Shown: positions 9,462 through 16,708 of the stretch, piece after piece
Layout of the letters: each line of letters starts with the position of its first letter
How positions within the stretch are numbered: the first letter of the stretch is position 1
Assembly (NCBI GenBank): GCA_031281635.1
Contig: JAITFC010000101.1
Span: 1 to 38,502 of the forward strand
Source: Puniceicoccales bacterium
GTDB lineage: Bacteria > Verrucomicrobiota > Verrucomicrobiia > Opitutales > JAIRLM01
Direction: 5' to 3'
Length of the DNA: 38,502 bases
Program-made: the position numbers and the translations under genes
The notes under the pieces: model-generated
Databases searched by the model: none
Seen by the model: the letters and a program-made list of their open reading frames with translations, nothing else
Told to the model about the DNA's origin: nothing

Positions 9462-10151
9462 ATGAAAATTGCCGGAGTGCAAAAATGCACACTAATTGAT
9501 TTCCCAAATAAAATTGCTGCAATTATATTTACACAGGGGTGCAATTTCCGCTGTCCATATTGCCATAATGCTAAGCTATGGCCATGCAACGAAAGTGGGA
9601 CCATTGATGAAGAGGAGGTGTTCAATTTTCTTCGAAATCGCGAAGGCAAGCTTGAAGGAGTCGTGATTTCCGGAGGAGAACCGTTGTTGCAGAAGGATTT
9701 ACTTGATTTTATAAGAAAAATCAGGCGCATGGATTTCTCCGTCAAACTGGATACCAATGGATCACTTCCCAACGCGCTCGAAGATCTTATACGCGAGAAT
9801 GTTTTGGATTTTATTGCGATGGATTTGAAGCACGTATTTTCGCACTATGATGAAGCGTGTGGCGTGAAAGTGCCAACAAAAGACATTCAACGGTCGGTTA
9901 ATTTATTGAAAGAGAGCGGCTTGCCCTACGAATTGCGCATGACCGTTGTTCCTTCCGTGCATCACCTTGATGGAATTGTCGAATCGCTGCGTGAAATGAT
10001 TGTTGGAGTACCGCGTTTTGTCGTCCAAAATTTTGTCCCAAATTCCGCCGCCGATCCGCACCTGCGTCAATTGCATCCTTTTGCCTTGAAAGATCTTGAA
10101 GATATGAGAGCTGCGCTAAAATCATTTGTTGGGGAATGTATTATTCGCTGA
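9462..10151 (+). CDS. Radical SAM activating enzyme, NrdG-like (anaerobic ribonucleotide reductase activase family)
   Basis: ATG 9462 is preceded by GGAGG at 9448-9452. The N-terminus is MKIAGVQKCTLIDFPNKIAAIIFTQGCNFRCPYCHN (CxxxCxxC) and is followed by VISGGEPLLQ. This N-terminal pattern is characteristic of the short NrdG-type activases. Confidence 0.8.
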   Translation: MKIAGVQKCTLIDFPNKIAAIIFTQGCNFRCPYCHNAKLWPCNESGTIDEEEVFNFLRNREGKLEGVVISGGEPLLQKDLLDFIRKIRRMDFSVKLDTNGSLPNALEDLIRENVLDFIAMDLKHVFSHYDEACGVKVPTKDIQRSVNLLKESGLPYELRMTVVPSVHHLDGIVESLREMIVGVPRFVVQNFVPNSAADPHLRQLHPFALKDLEDMRAALKSFVGECIIR

Positions 10152-10186
10152 AATTTCCAAATACCGAAAAAAGTGGAAATTTTTTT
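10151..10186 (+). terminator. Possible intrinsic terminator after the radical SAM gene
   Basis: A perfect 9-bp inverted repeat, AAATTTCCA (10151-10159) and TGGAAATTT (10174-10182), has a 14-nt loop and runs into a T7 tract. The stem is AT-rich, so it would be weak. Confidence 0.35.
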
Positions 10187-10237
10187 GCAAAAAAATGTTG
10201 ACAGCATGCAAATTTCACCTTCCATGCGGCGTTGGCT

Positions 10238-10363
10238 ATGAAAATCGCTTCGTCGCTTAGCTCTTTGAAATCGCGTCACCCGGCCTGCAAGGTTGTCCGG
10301 CGGAAGGGGCGCATCTATGTCATTAACAAGCTCGCGCCGCGCTTCAAGGCTCGGCAACGCTAG
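10238..10363 (+). CDS. rpmJ: 50S ribosomal protein L36, Cys-poor type B (YkgO-like)
   Basis: This was translated by hand and is below the ORF-track size cutoff: [41 protein letters not shown]. It closely resembles the E. coli YkgO pattern MKV..SL...K.RHP.C.IV.RKGR.YVI.K..PRFKA.Q. Confidence 0.85.
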   Translation: MKIASSLSSLKSRHPACKVVRRKGRIYVINKLAPRFKARQR

Positions 10364-10373
10364 GAGAATCGCA

Positions 10374-10622
10374 ATGAAGAAGGGAAAACATCCGGAGTCG
10401 CGGCCAGTATGCTTCGTAGACGTGTCTAGTGGGAAAAAATTTCTCACGGAGTCCACCATGCGCCCCAAGGAGAAGCAAGTAATTGATGGTGTTGAGTATG
10501 GCATTGTCCCTTGCGATGTCACTTCGGACTCCCATCCAGCATATACGGGCATAAAGCGCTTCGTGGATACGGCAGGCCGCGTGGAGAAGTTTAAAAAGCG
10601 CTTTTCTCGCAGTCGTGCGTAG
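10374..10622 (+). CDS. rpmE: 50S ribosomal protein L31, type B (no CxxC zinc ribbon)
   Basis: ATG 10374 follows AGGAG. The translation is MKKGKHPESRPVCFVDVSSGKKFLTESTMRPKEKQVIDGVEYGIVPCDVTSDSHPAYTGIKRFVDTAGRVEKFKKRF. The length and the SHPFYTG-like motif match type B (YkgM-like) L31. The track ORF 10293.. has a spurious N-terminal extension. Confidence 0.85.
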   Translation: MKKGKHPESRPVCFVDVSSGKKFLTESTMRPKEKQVIDGVEYGIVPCDVTSDSHPAYTGIKRFVDTAGRVEKFKKRFSRSRA

Positions 10623-10772
10623 GAATATTTTCTTCGGCGTTTGACTCAAAGGGATTCTTGGATTGGAGCGCGTCGTCTGGTGTTGGGTCACTTCTGTGTG
10701 ATGTTCTGAAGTTTCGCAATGGGGTTAGTGCGTTGGGCGGTTGGTCACGATGGGGGGCATGGCCATGTGGCT

Positions 10773-10792
10773 GGGTGTGATTGGGTGTGATT
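10773..10792. repeat. Perfect tandem direct repeat, 10 bp x 2 (GGGTGTGATT)
   Basis: Read directly: gggtgtgatt at 10773-10782 and again at 10783-10792, in the GT-rich rpmE-nth intergenic region. Confidence 0.9.
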
Positions 10793-10820
10793 GAGTCGGT
10801 TGCAAAAATTTAGAAAAGAT

Positions 10821-10854
10821 CGCTCGGGAATGGCCACCGCTCGGGAATGGCCAC
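10821..10854. repeat. Perfect tandem direct repeat, 17 bp x 2 (CGCTCGGGAATGGCCAC)
   Basis: Read directly: 10821-10837 and 10838-10854 are identical. The pair lies about 55 nt upstream of the nth start. Confidence 0.95.
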
Positions 10855-10908
10855 AAAAGAAAATTTCGGCAGCTATGCGGAGTCAATAAGCGCGAGGAAA
10901 GTGTTTTC

Positions 10909-11589
10909 ATGACGACTAAAATGCCAGCGGAATTTGCGGATTTCGTGGCAGTCGCAGCGCTCGATGAAAGGGCAGTCATCGTGGAAAATATGCTCTGGGA
11001 GCAGTTCCCGGAAATTGGTGGTTTCTTAACTCATACGTCACCGTTCCAATTGCTTGTAGCTGTTGTCTTGTCTGCTCGTTGTACGGATGCTCAGGTGAAT
11101 CGAGTCACGCCGCAGCTTTTTGCCGTAGCTCCAACGGCGCAACAACTTGCGCAAATTTCTCAGGGGGAGCTCGAAAAAATAATTCATGGCGTCGGATTTT
11201 TCCGCCAGAAGGCTCGGGCACTCATCGGCTTGTCACAGCGCATTTATCGAGATTTTGCTGGCGCGGTTCCAATGAACTTTGAAGATTTGGAAACTCTTCC
11301 GGGAGTAGGACATAAATCCGCATCTGTTGTCATAGGGCAGTGTACGAGTACACCGACATTCCCCGTGGATACGCACGTGTGGAGACTGGCCCGGCGCTGG
11401 GGCTTGTCGATGGGGAAAACCGTAGAGTTAGTAGAGAAGGACTTAAAAACAATATTCCCATCTGAAAAATGGATGGGCCTGCATCTCCGCATGATTGTGT
11501 ACGGAAGAAGTAACTGTACGGCAAGAGGATGTGATGGAACCCGCTGCCAAATCTGTCAACGCATTCGCGGCGGAAAGCTCGACGCATAG
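10909..11589 (+). CDS. nth: Endonuclease III (HhH-GPD base excision glycosylase/lyase)
   Basis: It has FQLLVAVVLSARCTDAQVN, the helix-hairpin-helix LPGVGHKSASVV followed by VDTHV, and four C-terminal cysteines. Confidence 0.85.
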   Translation: MTTKMPAEFADFVAVAALDERAVIVENMLWEQFPEIGGFLTHTSPFQLLVAVVLSARCTDAQVNRVTPQLFAVAPTAQQLAQISQGELEKIIHGVGFFRQKARALIGLSQRIYRDFAGAVPMNFEDLETLPGVGHKSASVVIGQCTSTPTFPVDTHVWRLARRWGLSMGKTVELVEKDLKTIFPSEKWMGLHLRMIVYGRSNCTARGCDGTRCQICQRIRGGKLDA

Positions 11590-11711
11590 GAGCTGGAAAA
11601 GTGCTTGGAGGGCAACATTTTGGTCAATGCGCGCACACGAGATAGTCTGCTGTGAAAAATATCCTCCTTTTTTCTTGACTCCCCAGCGTTAGGATGTGCA
11701 GATTTTGGCAC

Positions 11712-11796
11712 GCTCGGGTGGTGAAATTGGCAGACACGCTGTCTTCAGGCGGCAGTGCCGTAAGGCGTAAGGGTTCGAATCCCTTCCCGAGCACCA
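11712..11796 (+). tRNA. tRNA-Leu (anticodon CAG), CCA encoded
   Basis: A hand-folded cloverleaf fits. The acceptor is GCTCGGG/CCCGAGC and the 3-bp D stem is GTG/CAC with a long loop. The anticodon stem is CTGTC/GGCAG with loop TTCAGGC. There is a long variable arm TGCCGTAAGGCGT, T arm AAGGG-TTCGAAT-CCCTT, discriminator A and CCA. Confidence 0.9.
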
Positions 11797-12055
11797 GAGA
11801 TCCGCTAAGAACGTCAGTGAAAATCCACATTTTGCGGAGGTGCATGGAGGGGTATTTTTTACGCGAATTATGATCACACTGGAAGCACATTGGGTTGCAT
11901 TGAATAACGTTACAAAATCTTAAAAAAACTTAAAAAATTACACCCAAAAACGGATTGCGGCGACCTCGAAAAATGTCTATGAGAGTTTGCGCGAAATGGC
12001 TATGAAACTGGAAATTTTTAGCTGAGGATTCTTGAAAATTTCTCGAAAAAAGTTC

Positions 12056-12084
12056 TTGCGTTTTGCTAGTACTCGTTTGAGAGT
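12056..12084 (+). promoter_or_regulatory. Possible rpsB promoter (TTGCGT-17 nt-GAGAGT)
   Basis: Hexamers with sigma70-like spacing, read by eye. This would give a leader of about 78 nt that begins with a 7-bp hairpin at 12092-12110. Confidence 0.25.
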
Positions 12085-12168
12085 GCGCTAAGCCGTCGAT
12101 GGGCGATGGCGGAAAGCTATGTTGTATCCAAAGCGTGGAAAATGTTTCTGCCGCACGGAGATAGTCCT

Positions 12169-13005
12169 ATGAGTATGCCAACAGCGAAAGAGTTGTTTGA
12201 CGCGCGAGTCCATGTGGGACACCAGTTGCGTCGTTGGAATCCGAAATTTCGGCCGTTTGTCTATGACCATCGGCAGGGGATTTCTATCATCGACCTGGAG
12301 AGGACTTTGGAGCAGTTGCAGAAAGCGTGCCAATTCGCAGAACATCTGGTATCGGGCGGGCAGGAAATTTGGTTCCTAGGGACGAAACCGCAAGCTCGCG
12401 AGGTTGTTCGTGAGGCTGCCGAGGGAGTGCATATGCCGTTTTGCGTCGTTCGATGGCTCGGGGGAACTTTAACGAATTTCTCCACAATTAATTGCGGATT
12501 GCAAAAATATCGTCAGTTCTTGCACATGGAGGAGAAGGGGGACATCGATCGTATGCCCAATAAGGAAGCGGCGTCCCTGCGGAGAAAGATGGTGCGCATG
12601 CGGAATAATTTTGAGGGCCTCATGGACGTCGAAGGTCCGCCAGCCGCGCTCTATGTCGTTGATGCTAATTATGAAGACATTGCTGTTCGCGAGGCGAATC
12701 GCATGGGAATCCCCGTGATTGCCATTGTCGACAGCAACAGCGATCCGTCACGCATCAACTTCCCAATCCCCGGTAACGATGACTCACTCCGCTCCGTCGC
12801 CGTAATTACAAGCACACTCGCAGGAGCCATCAGCCGCGGCAAAGAGGGGCGCGAACTGCGTCTGGCGAGTCAAACTTCATCGCTCATAAAACGAGAAAGC
12901 ATTGAACTTGCCGCAGAAATTACTTTGTCCGCAGACGTTAGCGCAGTAGTAGATAACATGAAAGAAAACGAAGAATTCGCATCAAGCCAGAAATTGGGAG
13001 ATTAG
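12169..13005 (+). CDS. rpsB: 30S ribosomal protein S2
   Basis: ATG 12169 follows GGAG. The translation has MSMPTAKELFDARVHVGHQLRRWNPKFRPFVY, GGTLTNF and IPVIAIVDSNSDP. Confidence 0.95.
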   Translation: MSMPTAKELFDARVHVGHQLRRWNPKFRPFVYDHRQGISIIDLERTLEQLQKACQFAEHLVSGGQEIWFLGTKPQAREVVREAAEGVHMPFCVVRWLGGTLTNFSTINCGLQKYRQFLHMEEKGDIDRMPNKEAASLRRKMVRMRNNFEGLMDVEGPPAALYVVDANYEDIAVREANRMGIPVIAIVDSNSDPSRINFPIPGNDDSLRSVAVITSTLAGAISRGKEGRELRLASQTSSLIKRESIELAAEITLSADVSAVVDNMKENEEFASSQKLGD

Positions 13006-13007
13006 AA

Positions 13008-13601
13008 ATGAGTGCAAACGCAAGTGCAAAATTGGTTGGAGAGCTCAGGGAACGCACCGGGGCCGGGCTCATGGACTGCAAAAAGGCGCTGGAAGAATGC
13101 GGCAGTGACATTGAGAAAGCGGTCATCGTTCTGAAAAAAAAAGGCATTGCTAGTGCTGATAAAAAAGCGCAACGGCAAGCGGCAGAGGGTCTCGTCACAT
13201 CTTATATTCATACCGGAGGGCGTATCGGTGTCTTGTTGCAGCTCAATTGTGAAACGGATTTCGTGGCAAAAAATGATCAATTCATCGCCCTTGCCCACGA
13301 CATTTGCATGCACATTGCCGCATTTTCTCCGCAATATGTTTGCAAAGAGGACGTGCCCGCCGAAGTGATCGCCAGAGAAAAGGAAATCGCAGAGAGTCAG
13401 GTAGTTGGAAAGCCGCCGAATGCCGTTAACGCAATTGTGGAAGGGAAATTGGCTAAGTACTGTGCCGGAATTTGTCTTCTCGAGCAACCGTTTGTGAAAA
13501 ATCCAGATATTAGCGTTGGTGATCTCATTAAGGAGCACATTGCGAAGATTGGCGAAAACATTCGCGTGGTGCGCTTTACACGTTTTCAAGTGGGTGCCTA
13601 A
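13008..13601 (+). CDS. tsf: Elongation factor Ts (short, 197-aa form)
   Basis: It has KLVGELRERTGAGLMDCKKALEECGSDIEKAVIVLKKKGIASADKKAQRQAAEG and LQLNCETDFVAKN. It lies 2 nt after rpsB, the classic rpsB-tsf pairing. Confidence 0.9.
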   Translation: MSANASAKLVGELRERTGAGLMDCKKALEECGSDIEKAVIVLKKKGIASADKKAQRQAAEGLVTSYIHTGGRIGVLLQLNCETDFVAKNDQFIALAHDICMHIAAFSPQYVCKEDVPAEVIAREKEIAESQVVGKPPNAVNAIVEGKLAKYCAGICLLEQPFVKNPDISVGDLIKEHIAKIGENIRVVRFTRFQVGA

Positions 13602-14641
13602 TGGTCCTGTTGGCTGCAATAAATTTGGTCTATGGCGACGATGAATTTTCCGTCAGCCGGTGCGCCGAACAACTTGCAGCTGAAGCACTTTCAAGAAATT
13701 CGCAGTGGCAAGTTGAGTGCTTTGATGGCCGCCTATCTTGCGTCGAGGATTTCCAAAAATTCAACGATGAGTTTGAAAACGCGCTGGCCACTCGGCCGCT
13801 TTTTGCTCCGGAAAAGATTTTTCACATAAAATTTTGCACGTTTCTTTCTAAGATCCCTCTTGCTTGCGGCGAGACCCTGCAGAGGACTTTGCAACTCATT
13901 GGGCGTGCGCAGGAACTATCGCTTACTGTCATTGTCGCAGCTTCTCCCATCGATCGCCGCCTGAATTCCTTCAAAGTGTTGTCAAAAATTGCGCAGCGCA
14001 GTTGCGAAGTGACGAATTGCAGTTCATCGGCGGCGGAAAATGTTTTTGCTGAGGATGTTGTGCGTCTAAGTTTGCGATTTTCCAGGGAAGTGCGCGATTA
14101 TTTTTTGGGAAAAGTTGGGGATGATGCACGCCATGTGGCCAGTGAATTGGAAAAGTTGAAAGTATTTTTAGGAACGGGGAAAATGGTCCGTCGTGAAGAT
14201 GTGCAACATCTTACCGTCGAAGGAGTTAGCGAAAACTTTTTCGAACCCATTGAAGCATTTTATCACTGCGATGCTGCTGCCTATGCCACTGCGTTGGAGC
14301 GATTTTTTGAAGGACGAGGCGAACCGCGTGCCCTACTTGCGGCATTTATGAATCGCAATCGGTTGTTGTTGCAAATAAAGGCGATACAAATGTCGGGACA
14401 CTCTCGGATTCTGGACCCTGACGATGATTCCGACTCGCACAGGGGAGAGAAAGACCCATGCAGCATTCTCGACCAGAATCCATACTATTTGAAAAGATTA
14501 CGGCGGATAGTAGATCGTTTTCTCCTGGAGGAACTTACAAATCTCCAGGTGAAATTTATTGAACTTTTCACAGACATCGTCCGCAATTTTCGATTCGTTA
14601 CACCGCAGTGGCTACGCGGAAAATTCCTGAGTTTGCTGTAA
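13601..14641 (+). CDS. holA: DNA polymerase III delta subunit (HolA)-like
   Basis: It has INLVYGDDEFSV at the N-terminus, RPLFAPEKIFHIK, and ELEKLKVFLG...REDVQHL. The pattern and length (346 aa) fit HolA. Its ATG overlaps the tsf stop by 1 nt. Confidence 0.6.
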   Translation: MVLLAAINLVYGDDEFSVSRCAEQLAAEALSRNSQWQVECFDGRLSCVEDFQKFNDEFENALATRPLFAPEKIFHIKFCTFLSKIPLACGETLQRTLQLIGRAQELSLTVIVAASPIDRRLNSFKVLSKIAQRSCEVTNCSSSAAENVFAEDVVRLSLRFSREVRDYFLGKVGDDARHVASELEKLKVFLGTGKMVRREDVQHLTVEGVSENFFEPIEAFYHCDAAAYATALERFFEGRGEPRALLAAFMNRNRLLLQIKAIQMSGHSRILDPDDDSDSHRGEKDPCSILDQNPYYLKRLRRIVDRFLLEELTNLQVKFIELFTDIVRNFRFVTPQWLRGKFLSLL

Positions 14642-14928
14642 TTTTCAGCTAAGACTTTGCCAGAAATAAAAATTGTGTAGGCGGAGTTTGCATATCATCC
14701 GTTGACGTAAAAAAAATTAGCTTTTGCGAAAAGTTCACTTGACAAAATAAATCTATAGCCACAGAAAAACGGCCATAGGTGACTTGTGGGAAGCTTTTAC
14801 GACAATGTCGGCGGAACTTTCGCTTTGGTTATGGTTTTTGGCGCAATGCGGAGTTAGGCATATGGACGTTGGGCCACGGAGATATGTGCAATTAAATTCT
14901 AATAATACTGATCAAATGAGGCAAGTTT

Positions 14929-15675
14929 ATGTGTGCGGCACAGAAATCAGCTGATGGTACACCGGAACCGCGTAAACCTCCGCCAATTGCTCCCCTTGAT
15001 GGACATCGCGAACATTTGCGTATCCGCTTTGACCGGTGTGGATTAGACGGTTTTCTGCCCCATGAAATAATTGAACTTTTGCTTACTTTTTGTATCCCAC
15101 GCCGCGATGTGAAATTGCAGGCCAAGGAGTTGCTGCGTCGCTTCGAATCCCTGCACGGAATACTCAACGCCGACAAAGCTGCCCTGCGTGAAGTTGACGG
15201 CATCGGTCCGGGAGTTGCGCAATTTTTGCATCTAATTCGCGAAACGACAATTCTCTATCTGCGGCAAACGGTTTTGCCAGACAGTAAACAGGGCCTTGGC
15301 AGTTTGGGGAAATTGTGCAGGTATTGGCTCACACGGTTGAATGGTGAACGTTGTGAATGCTTGGAGATAGCGTACTTAGATGGGAAGTTTCATCCGATTC
15401 CAGACGGCCTTCAGCGGTTGGATAGCGGAAATTGGAATTCGGTTTCGCTGTTGCCGCGCAAAATTATAAGGAGCTCATTGCTGTGCAATTGTGCTGCCAT
15501 CGCCCTCTGTCACAATCATCCTACTGGGAATCCACTTCCATCGCAACAAGACGAACACATAACCTACATTTTACGACAAAACTTACAAATCTCCGGCGTT
15601 TGCCTGGTGGATCATTTCATCGTGGCAAATGGCCAAGTGTTTTCCATTCTGGAACATCGAATAGTCCTGCCCTAA
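14929..15675 (+). CDS. radC: RadC-family JAB/MPN domain protein
   Basis: It has the C-terminal JAMM motif ALCHNHPTGNPLPSQQD and an N-terminal HhH-like region GHREHLRIRF...EIIELLL...VDGIGPGVAQ. GAGG lies upstream of the ATG. Confidence 0.85.
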   Translation: MCAAQKSADGTPEPRKPPPIAPLDGHREHLRIRFDRCGLDGFLPHEIIELLLTFCIPRRDVKLQAKELLRRFESLHGILNADKAALREVDGIGPGVAQFLHLIRETTILYLRQTVLPDSKQGLGSLGKLCRYWLTRLNGERCECLEIAYLDGKFHPIPDGLQRLDSGNWNSVSLLPRKIIRSSLLCNCAAIALCHNHPTGNPLPSQQDEHITYILRQNLQISGVCLVDHFIVANGQVFSILEHRIVLP

Positions 15676-15792
15676 GGCGAGATTTCCCAAAAGGCCACGG
15701 CACAGATGCAGCAGGAACGAGCATAGGAGAGTCGAAATTTTTCGCCGATGTTTCCTTGACACATTTCACCGCATCGGCAATTCCGTTTGATG

Positions 15793-15867
15793 GCTTTCGT
15801 AGTTCAAAGGATAGAACCACGGTTTCCTAAACCGTTAATCCCGGTTCGAGTCCGGGCGGAGGCGCCA
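15793..15867 (+). tRNA. tRNA-Arg (anticodon CCT), CCA encoded
   Basis: A hand-folded cloverleaf fits. The acceptor is GCTTTCG/CGGAGGC with two G-U pairs, and the D arm is GTTC-AAAGGATA-GAAC. The anticodon stem is ACGGT/ACCGT with loop TTCCTAA. There is a 4-nt variable loop, T arm CCCGG-TTCGAGT-CCGGG, discriminator G and CCA. Confidence 0.85.
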
Positions 15868-15877
15868 GCAAAAAACT

Positions 15878-16708
15878 ATGGACAGTCACGTTCATTTGGA
15901 TTATTTCCCTGAGGAGCAGCGCGATGCGGTGATTCGCCGCGCCTGGGATGTTGGCCTGCGAGCACTTCTAACGGTGGCCGTTTCGCTGGAAAGGGTGCGT
16001 ACGTTGCGCGGACTTGCCGAACAGTTCCCGTCTAAAGTGTTCTACTCCGTGGGTTTGCATCCGACGGAATTGGGAGATACTTCCTTGGAAATATTTCTGG
16101 AAAATTTGCACAGAGAGTTATCTGTGAGTGGGTTGCGTCCAGTTGCCGTCGGCGAAACGGGATTGGACTATGCCGCGCTACCGAAAGAGGTATCACTGGC
16201 ACGGGAAATGGTCGCACGGCAAAAAAAATTTTTCCAGGCACAGGCAGAAGCGGCCAAAAGTGCCCATTTGCCACTAATTATTCATTGCCGAGACGTGGAA
16301 GGCAAAATGCTCGCATGGAATGATGTGAACGAAATCTTAAATGCCGTTAAAATCCCAAAAGAAAAAATTCTCATTCACTGTTTTTCCTATGGGCCCGAGG
16401 AATTGCGCGATTGGCAAAAAAGTGGCGGCTGGGTGTCATTTTCCGGATTGTTGACGCGCGCACGGGCCTCCTGGGTGCACGAAGCGTTGTGCCGTGCGGA
16501 TTTATCACACGTTCTCTTTGAGACAGATGCACCATTTTTGCTGCCGGAACCGCTGCGATCGAAAAATCCGAAAATGGAAAATGAGCCGGCCAATGTGATT
16601 CATGTGTTTAATTTTGCAGCGAAATTGCTTGGGAAAACGGCACTGGAGGTTGCGGAACTGAGTTTGTGCAATGGTTGCACGCTGTTTAAGTTGGAGGTAA
16701 CAGCTTGA
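15878..16708 (+). CDS. tatD: TatD-family metal-dependent hydrolase/DNase
   Basis: Motifs DSHVHLD, GETGLDY, LIIHCRD, HCFSYG and FETDAPFL are present. Confidence 0.9.
   Translation: MDSHVHLDYFPEEQRDAVIRRAWDVGLRALLTVAVSLERVRTLRGLAEQFPSKVFYSVGLHPTELGDTSLEIFLENLHRELSVSGLRPVAVGETGLDYAALPKEVSLAREMVARQKKFFQAQAEAAKSAHLPLIIHCRDVEGKMLAWNDVNEILNAVKIPKEKILIHCFSYGPEELRDWQKSGGWVSFSGLLTRARASWVHEALCRADLSHVLFETDAPFLLPEPLRSKNPKMENEPANVIHVFNFAAKLLGKTALEVAELSLCNGCTLFKLEVTA

Noticed and set aside
10725-10979. An 84-aa minus-strand ORF across the rpmE-nth spacer
   Set aside because: It overlaps the nth start by 70 nt and is simply the CA-rich complement of the GT-rich repeat region. It has low-complexity Ser/Thr/Pro/His composition.
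13002-13619. A 205-aa minus-strand ORF. The same applies to 17016..17741 (-), 18022..18570 (-), 24375..24986 (+), 21103..21627 (+), 30674..31138 (-), 34713..35300 (-) and 5926..6342 (-)
   Set aside because: Each is fully antisense to a gene with strong motif support (tsf, lolCE, lolD, the Pif1 helicase, LpxL-GT9, secDF, the OMP and murE). None has a recognisable motif of its own.
14642-14928. The 287-bp holA-radC spacer, examined for ncRNA, a small ORF or a promoter
   Set aside because: It contains a TTGACA hexamer (14739-14744), but no properly spaced -10 element. There are only short imperfect hairpins, and a 30-codon ORF overlaps the radC start out of frame. Nothing can be supported by eye.
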